From: Mobula birostris
Lineage: Eukaryota
Direction: 5' to 3'
DNA: 64,000 nucleotides
NCBI RefSeq assembly: GCF_030028105.1
Contig: NC_092374.1
Span: forward strand, 7,339,334 to 7,403,333
Shown: piece after piece, positions 13,519 to 25,400 of the stretch
How the letters are laid out: every line of letters starts with the position of its first letter
How positions within the stretch are numbered: the first letter of the stretch is position 1
Made by a program: the position numbers and the translations under genes
The notes under the pieces: generated by a model
Databases searched by the model: none
What the model was told of the DNA's origin: nothing
The model's input: the letters and a program-made list of their open reading frames with translations, nothing else

Positions 13519-16500
13519 AAACATAGAAAATAGGTGCAGGAGTAGGCCATTCGGCCCTTCGAGCCTGCATCGCCATTTATTATGATCATGGCTGATCATC
13601 CAACTCAGAACCCTGCACCAGCCTTCCCTCCATGCCCCCTGATCCCCGTAGCCACAAGGGCCATATCTAACTCCCTCTTAAATATAGCCAATGAACTGGC
13701 CTCAACTGTTTCCTGTGGCAGAGAATTCCATAGATTCACCACTCTCTGTGTGAAGAAGTTTTTCCTAATCTTGGTCCTAAAAGGCTTCCCCTTTATCCTC
13801 AAACTGTGACCCCTCGTTCTGGACTTCCCCAACATCGGGAACAATCTTCCTGCATCTAGCCTGTCCAATCCCTTTAGGATTTTATACGTTTCAATCAGAT
13901 CCCCCCTCAATCTTCTAAATTCCAATGAGTACAAGCCTAGTTCATCCAGTCTTTCTTCATATGAAAGTCCTGCCATCCCAGGAATCAATCTGGTGAACCT
14001 TCTTTGTACTCCCTCTATGGCAAGGATGTCTTTCCTCAGATTAGGGGACCAAAACTGCACACAATACTCCAGGTGTGGTCTCACCAAGGCCTTGTACAAC
14101 TGCAGTAGTACCTCCCTGCTCCTGTACTCAAATCCTCTCGCTATAAATGCCAGCATACCATTCGCCTTTTTCACCGCCTGCTGTACCTGCATGCCCACTT
14201 TCAATGACTGGTGTATAATGACACCCAGGTCTCGTTGCACCTCCCCTTTCCCTAATCGGCCACCATTCAGATAATAATCTGTTTTCCTATTTTTGCCACC
14301 AAAGTGGATAACTTCACATTTATCCACATTAAATTGCATCTGCCATGAATTTGCCCACTCACCCAACCTACCCAAGTCACTCTGCATCCTCTTAGCATCC
14401 TCCTCACAGCTAACACTGCTACCCAGCTTCATGGCATCCGCAAACTTGGAGATGCTGCATTTAATTCCCTCATCTAAGTCATTAATATATATTGTAAACA
14501 ACTGGGGTCCCAGCACTAAGCCTTGCGGTACCCCACTAGTCACTGCCTGCCATTCTGAAAAGGTCCCGTTTATTCCCACTCTTTGCTTCCTGTCTGCTAA
14601 CCAATTCTCTATCCACATCAATACCTTACCCCCAATACCGTGTGCTTTAAGTTTGCACACTAATCTCCTGTGTGGGACCTTGTCAAAAGCCTTTTGAAAA
14701 TCCAAATATACCACATCCACTGGTTCTCCCCTATCCACTCTACTAGTTACATCCTCAAAAAATTCTATGAGATTCGTCAGACATGATTTTCCTTTCACAA
14801 ATCCATGCTGACTTTGTCCGATGATTTCACCGCTTTCCAAATGTGCTGTTATCACATCTTTGATAACTGACTCCAGCAGTTTCCCCACCACCGACGTTAG
14901 GCTAACCGGTCTATAATTCCCCGGTTTCTCTCTCCCTCCTTTTTTAAAAAGTGGGGTTACATTAGCCACCCTCCAATCCTCAGGAACTAGTTCAGAATCT
15001 AACGAGTTTTGAAAAATTATCACTAATGCATCCACTATTTCTTGGGCTACTTCCTTAAGCACTCTGGGATGCAGACCATCTGGCCCTGGGGATTTATCTG
15101 CCTTCAATCCCTTCAATTTACCTAACACCACTTCCCTACTAACATGTATTTCGCTCAGTTCCTCCATCTCACTGGACCCTCTGTCCCCTACTATTTCTGG
15201 AAGATTATTTATGTCCTCCTTAGTGAAGACAGAACCAAAGTAATTATTCAATTGGTCTGCCATGTCCTTGCTCCCCATAATCAATTCACCTGTTTCTGTC
15301 TGTTGGGGACCTACATTTGCCTTTACTAGTCTTTTCCTTTTTACATATCTATAAAAGCTTTTACAGTCAGTTTTTATGTTCCCTGCCAGTTTTCTCTCAT
15401 AATCTTTTTTCCCCTTCCTCATTAAGCCCTTTGTCCTCCTCTGCTGAACTCTGAATTTCTCCCAGTCCTCAGGTGAGCCACTTTTTCTGGCTAATTTGTA
15501 TGCTTCTTCTTTGAAATTGATACTATCCCTAATTTCTCTTGTCAGCCATGGGTGCACTACCTTCCTTGATTTATTCTTTTGCCAAACTGGGATGAACAAT
15601 TGTTGTAGTTCATCCATGCAATCTTTAAATGCTTGCCATTGCATATCCACTGTCAATCCTTTAAGTGTCATTTGCCAGTCTGTCTTAGCTAATTCGCGTC
15701 TCATACCTTCAAAGTTACCCCTCTTTAAGTTCAGAACCTTTGTTTCTGAATTAACTATGTCACTCTCCATCTTAATGAAGAATTCCACCATATTATGGCC
15801 ACTCTTACCCAAGGGGCCTCTCACGACAAGATTGCTAATTAACTCTTCCTCATTGCTCAAAACCCAGTCTAGAATAGCCTGCTCTCTGGTTGGTTCCTCG
15901 ACATATTGGTTCAAAAAACCATCCCGCATACATTCCAAGAAATCCTCTTCCTCAGCACCTTTACCAATTTGGTTCACCCAATCTACATGTAGATTGAAGT
16001 CACCCATTATAACTGCTGTTCCTGTATTGCACATATTTCTAATTTCCTGTTTAATACCATCTCCGACCTCACTACTACTGTTAGGTGGCCTGTACACAAC
16101 TCCCACCAGCGTTTTCTGCCCCTTAGTGTTACGCAGCTCTACTCATATCGATTCCACATCTTCCCGGCTTATGTCCTTCCTTTCTATTGCGTTAATCCCC
16201 TCTTTAACCAGCAACGCCACCCCACCTCCTTTTTTTTCATGTCTATCCCTCCTGAATACTGAATATCCCTGAACGTTGAGCTCCCATCCTGGTCACCCTG
16301 GAGCCATGTCTCTGTGATCCCAACTATATCATAATCATTAATAACAATCTGCACTTTCAATTCATCCACCTTGTTACGAATGCTCCTTGCATTGACACAC
16401 AAAGCCTTCAGGCACTCTTTTACAACTCTCTTAGCCCTTATACAATTATGTTGAAAAGTGGCCCTTTTTAATGCTTGCCCTGGATTTGTCGGCCTGCCAC

Positions 16501-16834
16501 TTTTACTTTTCTCCTTACTACTTTTTGCTTCTACCCTCACTTTACACCTCTCTGTCTCTCTGCACTCTTTCCCATCCCCCTGTTATGAACTAACCTCCTC
16601 TCGCCTAGCCTCTTTAATTTGATTCCCACCCCCCAACCATTCTAGTTTAAAGTCACCTCAGTAGCCCTCGCTAATCTCCCTGCCAGGATATTGGTCCCCT
16701 TAGGATTCAAGTGTAACCCGTCCTTTTTGTACAGGTCACGCCTGCGCCAAAAGAGGTCCCAATGATCCAAAAACTTGAATCCCTGCCCCCCTGCTCCAAT
16801 CCCTCAGCCACACATTTATCCTCCACCTCATCGC
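13519..16834 (-). mobile_element. 5'-truncated CR1 LINE with an 833-aa EN-RT ORF, nested in copy 2
   Basis: ORF 13605-16106; RT catalytic motif reads FADA instead of FADD and the EN start is frameshifted (16184-16540); 6-bp TSD atatag (13513-13518 / 16835-16840). Confidence 0.95.
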
Positions 16835-17310
16835 ATATAGGACTTAGGTCAGACCCCACTTAGAGTACTGTGCTCATTTCTGGTCACCTCACTGCAGAAA
16901 GGATATGGAAACTATAGAAAGGGTGCAGAGGAGATTTACAAGGATGTTGCCTGGATTGGGGAGCATGCCTTATGAGAACAGGTTGAGTGAACTCGGCCTT
17001 TTCTCCTTGGAGCAACGGAGGATGAGAGGTGACCTGATAGAGGTGTATAAGATGATGAGAGACACTGATCGTGTGGATAGTCAGAGGTTTTTTCCCAGGC
17101 TGAAATGGCTAACATGAGAGGGCACAGTTTTTAAGGTGCATGGAAGTAGGAACCGAGGAGATGTCAGGGATAAGTCTTTTTACGCAGAGTGGTGAGTGTG
17201 TGGAATGGGCTGCCAGCGACAGTGGTGGTGTCGGAACGATAGGATCTTTTAAGAGACTCCTGGACAGGTACATTGAGCTCAGGAATATAGAGGGATATGG
17301 ATAACCTGAG
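16835..17310 (+). mobile_element. CR1 copy 2, 3' end
   Basis: Resumes atataggacttaggtcagaccccacttagag, matching copy 1 from 1921; ORF 16905-17117. Confidence 0.92.
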
Positions 17311-17668
17311 GGGGAGGGGGAGGGGGAGGGGAGGGGGAGACTCTCAGACAGGTACACGGATGTTGAAGAAATGGAGGAGTATGTGGGAGGGGAGAGAGGG
17401 GCAGAGGTTATAGAAATGGAGGGTATGTGGGAGGGAAGGGTTAGATTGATTTTGGAGCAGGTTAAAGGGTCAGCACAACATTGTGGGCTGAAGGGCCTGT
17501 ACGGTGCTGTAGTGTTCTATGTGATGTGCACATGACAATCACGTGCAATTTGACATGATTATCCTGCAAAATGTACTTGTAGATTATGAATAAAATAAAT
17601 TTTCAGGGAGATAAAATGTGAAATGATTAGTTTAGTTTTACAACTCAATGTTTGAACATCGTCCTCAC

Positions 17669-18049
17669 CTCTCACAGACAGATCTGTTAGAACCGCCGTT
17701 TGAAAGTTATCAATATTGAGCTCCACCCGGCACCGATACCGACCACCGTCACTCCGGTTCAGACGCTGCACCACTATCGAGGCATCTCTCCGACTGAGGT
17801 TCCCCACGAATCCGAACCGCCCTCCTCCAGTCTTCAGTGTTGTATCGCACCCGGAGCGACCGGAATCGGGATATGAGCAGTGAAATACCGGTTTGTTAGC
17901 ACCTGGTTCTGTCTTGTACCAGATCACGGTGCCGGAAGGGACGAGCTCAGTGGGTGGGAGGGTGAAAGTACACGGTAACACAGCGGAGGCTCCTTCCACC
18001 GCAGAGACCACATCAGCGCCGGACATTGACCAACCATTTAACGAAAAGT
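17669..18049 (-). CDS. SIGLEC15-like: Siglec-15-like V-set Ig exon
   Basis: Acceptor ctctctgcAG|AC, donor GAGAG|GTGAGG; 381 nt, phase 1-1, open. WSM..VSA..G..AVLPCTFT, VFHC..C.T.L, GRF..GN..R.D.S..V.RL and D..RY.CRVE match my recollection of the Siglec-15 V domain, including four Cys and the F-strand Arg. Orthology not tested. Confidence 0.88.
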
Positions 18050-18051
18050 CT

Positions 18052-18098
18052 GCAGAGAGAGAGAGTGAGAGATACTGGGAGTGAGTGAGACAGGGAGT

Positions 18099-18139
<41 letters not shown>

Positions 18140-18198
18140 TGACAGAGGGAGATACTGGGAGTGAGTGAGACACGGATTGAGTGAGAGCGAGAGTGTGT

Positions 18199-18237
<39 letters not shown>

Positions 18238-18320
18238 AGTGACGGAGAGAGAGAGATACTGGGAGTGAGTGAGACAGGGATTGAGTGAGTGAATGAGTGA
18301 GTGACAGAGAGTGTGTGAGT
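18052..18320. repeat. (GA)n / GAGT low-complexity tract with ~90-bp internal repeats; supplies the V-exon polypyrimidine tract on the minus strand
   Basis: Three degenerate copies of gagatactgggagtgagtgagacagg followed by (ga)n. Confidence 0.9.
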
Positions 18321-18665
18321 GGGAGGACGGGTAGACAGTGGTCGATATTTGAACATCTGTGGGGGTAAAAGAACACTGAAGTTTTGGACTTGCATTGGGA
18401 CTGATAGAGGACTGTTGAATGGCCAGAGGAAAAGGAAAGGGGAGAGACAGCAGTCTGAGGGGATTGACTGATTGAGGAGTGGAGAGTCAGGAGTCTGAGG
18501 TGAGTGATGGATTGAGGAGGGTTGAGACAGGATTCTGAGGTGATTGATGGATTGATGAAGGGTGAAACAGAAGTTGGTGATTGATGGATGGTGAAGGGGT
18601 GAGTTAGGAGTCTGAGGTGATTGATGGATTGAGGAGGGCTGAGGCAGGAGTCTGAGGTAACCGTG

Positions 18666-19365
18666 GACACAAAATACTCTGCAGATGCTGGGGTCAAAGC
18701 AAAACGCACGACACGCTGGAGGAATTCAGCAGGTCGGGCAGCATCCGTGGAAACAGTCAATGTTTCGGGCCAAGACCCTTCGTCAGGACTGAAGAGGGAA
18801 GGGGAAGCGGCCCTATGAACAAGGTGGGGGGAGGGTGGGAAGGAGAAGGCAGGTAGATGCCAGATGAGGTACCTGGGATCCTCGCTGGGCCTGAACTGGG
18901 AAGCCTGGAACCGGAGCTGTAATCCCTGCGGTACAAGATGGCGGCAGAGACACGTTCCCAGGAAGGAGACGTGGCTGTGGTAGCGGGTCTGGGTCAGGAT
19001 GTAGTCGAAGAGTCGGAGAGAGGCGGAGACCACAGAGGGGGAGCAGTGAGAGAGGGTCTCACTGAACTCCTGTTGAAGGGAAGATTTAAACTTCTTCAGC
19101 GTAGGCATACCTCGAAGAGACTTCACAGCGGAGTAGCAAATCGTAAACACAAAATACTCAGCAGATGCTGGGGTCAAAGCAACACTCACAACACGCTGGA
19201 GGAACTCAGCAGGTCATGCAGCATCCGTGGAAATGAACAGTAAACGTTTCAGGCTAAGACCCTCCATCAGGACTGAAGAGGGAGGGGGCAGGGGCCCTAT
19301 AAAGAAGGTGGGGGGAGGATGGGAAGGAGAAGGCTGGTAGGTGCCAGGTGAAAAACCAGTAAGGG
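18666..19365 (-). mobile_element. Penelope-like element remnant (two terminal direct repeats around a short ORF piece)
   Basis: Direct repeats starting acacaaaatactc..gcagatgctggggtcaaagca at 18666 and 19147; similar to the end of the GIY-YIG element at 34550-34657. Confidence 0.7.
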
Positions 19366-19489
19366 GAGTGGGAGGATGGGTAGACAGTGGTCGATATTTG
19401 AACAACAAACAATCTGCATCTGTGGAGGTTGAAGTTTTGGGCTTGCATCGGGACTGATAGCGGACTGTTGAATAGCCAGAGGGAAAGGA

Positions 19490-22400
19490 AAGGGGAGAGA
19501 CAGCAGTCTGAGGGGATTGACTGATTGAAGAGTGGAGAGTTAGGAGTCTGAGGTAATTGATAGATTGAGGAGGGGTGTGACAGGAGTCGGTGATTGAGGA
19601 GGGGAGAGTCAGGAGTCTGATTGATAGATGGATGTTTGGATTGAGGATGGGTGAGACAGAAGTCTGAGTTGATTGATGGATTTAAGAGGGGTGAGACAGG
19701 AGTATGAGGTCATTGATGGATTGAAGAGGGGTGAGACAGGAGTCTGAGGTGTTTGTTGGATTGAGGACAGGTGAGGCAGAAGTTTGAAGTTTTTGATGGA
19801 TTGAAGGGGTGTGAGAAAGCAGTCTAAAGTTATTGATGGATATAGGAGGGATGAAACATGTCTGAGGTGATCAATGGAATGAGGTGTGGTCTGACTTGTA
19901 TGAGATGATTGATGAATTGAGGGGGTGGTGTGACAGGAGTCTGTGATTGATTTATTGCAGAGGGGTGAGACAGGAGTCTGAGGTGATTGATGATGGCTGA
20001 GACAGGAATATGAGGTGATTGATGGATTGAGGAGGTGTGAGACACGAGCCGGAGGTCATTGATGGATTGAGGATAGGTGAGACAACATTCTGAGATGATT
20101 GGTGGATTGAATAGGGGAGAGATCAGTAGTCTGACGTGATTGGAAGATTGAGGAGAGTAGGCAGCAATTGGAGGTGTCTTAGGGATTGAGGGATAAGTGA
20201 GGTGTCTGAGGTGATTGATGGGTTGAGGAGGAGTGAGACAGTGGTCTGAGGTGATTGATGAATTGAGGATGGGTGAGATAGCGGTCTGAGCTGATTGATG
20301 GACTGAGATGGGGAGAGACAGTAGTCTGGAGTTATTGGAAGACTGAAGAGGGGTGAGGCAGCAGTCTGAGGTTCCTGAAGAATTGAGGAGGGATGAGATA
20401 GGTGTCTGACGTGATGGATGGGTTGAGGAGGGGTGGGACAGGAGTCTGAAGTGACTGATGAATTGAGGAGGAGTGACACAAGTCTGAGGTGATTGATGGA
20501 TTGTGGATGAATGAGACAGAAGTCTGAGGTTATTGATCGATTGAGGAGAGGTGAGATGGATCTCTGAACTGGTTGATGCATTGAGGAGGGGTGAGACAGG
20601 AGACTGAAGTGATTGATGGACTAAGGAAGTTTGAGGCAGAATTCCCAATGATTCGTGGTTTGAGGAGGGGTGGATTGAGGATGGGTGAGACAGGATTCTG
20701 TTGTGATTGATGGATTGAGATGGTGTGAGACAGCATTCTGAGATGACTGATGGATTGAGGAGTGGGGGGACAGTAGTCTGAGGTGATTGATGGATTGAGG
20801 ATGGGTGAGACAGGATTCTGTTGTAATTGATGGATTGAGATGGTGTGAGACAGCATTCTGAGATGACTGATGGATTGAGGAGTGGAGGGACAGTAGTCTG
20901 AGGTGATTGGGACTGAGGAGGGATGAGAGATGTCTGAGGTGATTGTTAGGTTGAGGAGGGGTGAGACAGGAGTCTGAGGTGATTGATGGATTAAGGAGGG
21001 TTTAGATAGGAGTCTGAGGTGATTGATGGATTGAAGAGGGGAGAGACAGGAGTCAGATGTTTGATGGATTGCTGGATTGATGAGGGGTGAGACAGAAGTC
21101 AAAGTGATTTTTGGATTGAGGAGTGGTGAGACAGGAGACGGGTGATTGATGGACTGATGAAGGGTGAGAGAGGAGTCTGTGGTGATAGAGGAGGGGTGGG
21201 ACAGGATTTTGAGGTGACTGATGGACTGAGGAGGGTGAGACCGGAGTCTGGGGTGATTGATGGATTGAGGAGGGTGAGACTGGAGTCTGAGGTGATTGAT
21301 GGATTGAGGAAGGTGAGACCGGACTCTGAGGTGATTGATGGATTGAGGAGTGTGAGACTGGAGTCTGAGGTGATTGATGGATTGAGGAGGGTGAGACAGG
21401 ATTCTGAGGCAATTGATGGATTGAAGAGAGGTGAGGCAGGTGTTTGATATATTGAGGAGGGGTAAAACAGGAGTCTGAGGTGATTGATGGATTGAGGAGG
21501 GGTGAGACAGGATTCTGAGGGGATTGGTGGATTGAGGAGGGGTGAGAAAGGTGTCTGATTTGATTTATAGATGGAGAAGGGTCGAGACAGGAGTCTGAGG
21601 GTGTTGATGAATTGAGGATGGGTGACACAGGAGTCTGAGTTGATTGATGGATTGAGGAGGGGTAAGACAGGAGTCTGAGGTGATTGATGGATTGAGGAGG
21701 GGTGAGAAAGGTGTCTGATGAGATTGATGGATTGAGGAGGGCTAAGACAGGAGGGGATTGATGGATTTAGGAGGGGTGAGACAGGAGTCTGAGGTGATTG
21801 ATGGATTGAGGAGGGGTGAGACAGGATTCTGAGGGGATTGGTGGATTGAGGAGGGGTGAGAAAGGTGTCTGATTTGATTTATAGATGGAGAAGGGTCGAG
21901 ACAGGAGTCTGAGGGTGTTGATGAATTGAGGATGGGTGACACAGGAGTCTGAGTTGATTGATGGATTGAGGAGGGGTAAGACAGGAGTCTGAGGTGATTG
22001 ATGGATTGAGGAGGGGTGAGAAAGGTGTCTGATGAGATTGATGGATTGAGGAGGGCTAAGACAGGAGGGGATTGATGGATTTAGGAGGGGTGAGACAGGA
22101 GTCTGATGAGATTGATGGATTGAGGAGGGCTAAGACAGGAGGGGATTGATGGATTTAGGAGGGGTGAGACAGGTGATTGATGGATTGAGGAGGGGTGAGA
22201 CAGGATTCTGAGGGGATTGGTTGATTGAGGAGGGCTGAGAAAGGTGACTGATTTGATTTATGGATGGAGAAGGATTGAGACAGGATTCTGAGGGTATTGA
22301 TGAATTGAGGATGGATTGTTGAAATCAGTCTGAGGTGATTGATGGAAGGAAATGCAGTCTGAATGCAGTCTCCTAAGGAATCTAAGGTGAGTGATGGATG

Positions 22401-25400
22401 GAGGATTGTTGAAATCAGTCTGAGGTGATTGATGAATTGAGGTGGGGGCAAGATAGGAGTCTGTGATTGATGGACTGAGGAAGGGTGAGAAATGAATCTC
22501 GGTGATTGATGCATTGAGGAGGGGAGAGTCAGGATTCTGATTTGATTGATGGATAGAGGAGGGTTGAGACAGGGGTCTGAGGTAATTGATGGATTTCCGA
22601 GGGGTGACAAAGGAGTCTCGGGAGATTGATGGATTAAGGACGGTTGAGACAGGAGTCTCAGGTGATTGATGAATTGAGGACGGGTGAGACAGGAGTCTGA
22701 GATGATTGATGGATTGAGGAGGGATTAGACAGGCTTCTGAAGTGATTGATGGATTGAGAAGGGGTGAAACAGGAGTGCAAGGTGATTGATAGATTGAGGA
22801 AGTGTGAGACAAAATTTGTGTTGATTGGTGGATTGAGGAGGGTTGAGACATGAGTCTGAGGTGATTGATGGTTTGAGGAGGAGTGAGATGAGTCTGATGT
22901 GATTGATGGATTGAGGAGGGCTGAGACACGAGTCTGTGGTTCTAGATGGAATGAGGAGTGTGAGAGTGGGGTCTGAGGTGATTCAGTGATTGAGGAGGGG
23001 TGAGACAACTGTCTGAAGTGATGATGGTGTGAAGGGATCCTGAATTATCCCGTATGAACTGTACCTTTAAAGAGAGAGAGAGAGAGAGAGAGAGTGCGAC
23101 TGACTTAAAGAGAGAGAGAGCAACAAACAGCTCGTGAAGTCGTCATGGTAACCGAGGTTGGATTGAAGTGGTATGAGACAGGAGTCTAAGATAATTGAAG
23201 CACCGAGGATAGGTGAGACAGGAGTCTGAGGTAATTGATGGATTGGGGAGGGGTGAGACAGGAGTCTGAGGTAATTGATGGATTGGGGAGGGGTGAGACA
23301 GGAGTCTGAGGTGATTGATGGATTGGGGAGGGGTGAGACAGGAGTCTGAGGTGATTGATGGATTGGGGAGGGGTGAGACAGGAGTCTGAGGTGATTGATG
23401 GATTGGGGAGGGGTGAGACAGGTGATTCATGGATCTAGGAGGGGTGAGGCAGGAGTCTGAATTCATTGATGGATTGAGGAGGGGTTAGACAGTGAGGTGA
23501 TTGATAAATTGAGGAGGGGTGAGAGAGGAGTCTGAGGTAATTGATGGATTGAGGAGGGTGAGAGTTGACTCTGAGGTGATTGATGGACAGGAGTCTGAAG
23601 TGATTGATGGGTTAAGGAGGGGTAAAACAGGATTTTGAAGTGATTGATAATTTGTCAAGCGGGGACACTGGAGTCTGAAGTGATTGTTGGTTTGAGGATG
23701 GGTGAGAAGTATTTGAGGTGATTGGACTGTGGAGGGGTGAGACAGAGGTCTGAGGTGATTGATGGATTGAGGAGAGGTGAGACAGGAGTCTGAAGTGATT
23801 GATGGATTGTGGAGGGGTGAGACGTGTCTGAGGTGATGGACTGTGGAGGGGTGAGAAGTGTCTGAGGTGATTGATGGATTGAGGAGGGGTGAGGCATTTG
23901 TCTGAGGTGGCTGATGGACTGAGGAGGGTTTAGACAGGAGTCTGAAGTGATTGAAGGATTGAGGAGGAATAAGGCAGGAGTCTGAGGTGATTGATGGATT
24001 GATGAGGGGTGAGACAGGAGTCTAAGATGATTGATGGACTGAGGAGGGGTAAGACAGAATTATGAGGGGATTCATGGATTGAGGAGGGGTGAGACAAAGC
24101 CTGTGGTGATTGATGGATTGATGGAGAGGTGACACAGGAGCCTGAGGTAATTGATGGTTTGAGGAGTGGTCAGTCAGGAATGTCAAGTGTTTGATGGATG
24201 GAGGTAAGGTGAGACAGGAGTCTCAGGTGATTGATGGAATGAGCAGGGGACTGACAGGGGTGTGAGGTGATTGATGGATTTTCAACGGGTGAGACAGGAG
24301 TCTGAGGTGATTGATGGATTGAGGAGGGGTGAGAAAGGTGTCTGATGAGATTGATGGATTGAGGAGGGCTAAGACAGGAGGGGATTGATGGATTTAGGAG
24401 GGGTGAGACAGGAGTCTGAGGTGATTGATGGATTGAGGAGGGGTGAGACAGGATTCTGAGGGGATTGGTGGATTGAGGAGGGGTGAGAAAGGTGTCTGAT
24501 TTGATTTATAGATGGAGAAGGGTCGAGACAGGAGTCTGAGGGTGTTGATGAATTGAGGATGGGTGACACAGGAGTCTGAGTTGATTGATGGATTGAGGAG
24601 GGGTAAGACAGGAGTCTGAGGTGATTGATGGATTGAGGAGGGGTGAGAAAGGTGTCTGATGAGATTGATGGATTGAGGAGGGCTAAGACAGGAGGGGATT
24701 GATGGATTTAGGAGGGGTGAGACAGGAGTCTGATGAGATTGATGGATTGAGGAGGGCTAAGACAGGAGGGGATTGATGGATTTAGGAGGGGTGAGACAGG
24801 TGATTGATGGATTGAGGAGGGGTGAGACAGGATTCTGAGGGGATTGGTTGATTGAGGAGGGCTGAGAAAGGTGACTGATTTGATTTATGGATGGAGAAGG
24901 ATTGAGACAGGATTCTGAGGGTATTGATGAATTGAGGATGGATTGTTGAAATCAGTCTGAGGTGATTGATGGAAGGAAATGCAGTCTGAATGCAGTCTCC
25001 TAAGGAATCTAAGGTGAGTGATGGATGGAGGATTGTTGAAATCAGTCTGAGGTGATTGATGAATTGAGGTGGGGGCAAGATAGGAGTCTGTGATTGATGG
25101 ACTGAGGAAGGGTGAGAAATGAATCTCGGTGATTGATGCATTGAGGAGGGGAGAGTCAGGATTCTGATTTGATTGATGGATAGAGGAGGGTTGAGACAGG
25201 GGTCTGAGGTAATTGATGGATTTCCGAGGGGTGACAAAGGAGTCTCGGGAGATTGATGGATTAAGGACGGTTGAGACAGGAGTCTCAGGTGATTGATGAA
25301 TTGAGGACGGGTGAGACAGGAGTCTGAGATGATTGATGGATTGAGGAGGGATTAGACAGGCTTCTGAAGTGATTGATGGATTGAGAAGGGGTGAAACAGG

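Noticed and set aside
13605-16106. 833-aa EN-RT ORF as an active or domesticated LINE
   Set aside because: 5'-truncated, EN start frameshifted, and RT motif is FADA rather than FADD.
18038-19189. 383-aa ORF directly upstream of the V exon
   Set aside because: Read-through of a Penelope fragment, satellite units and (CT)n sequence, in a different frame context from the spliced V exon.
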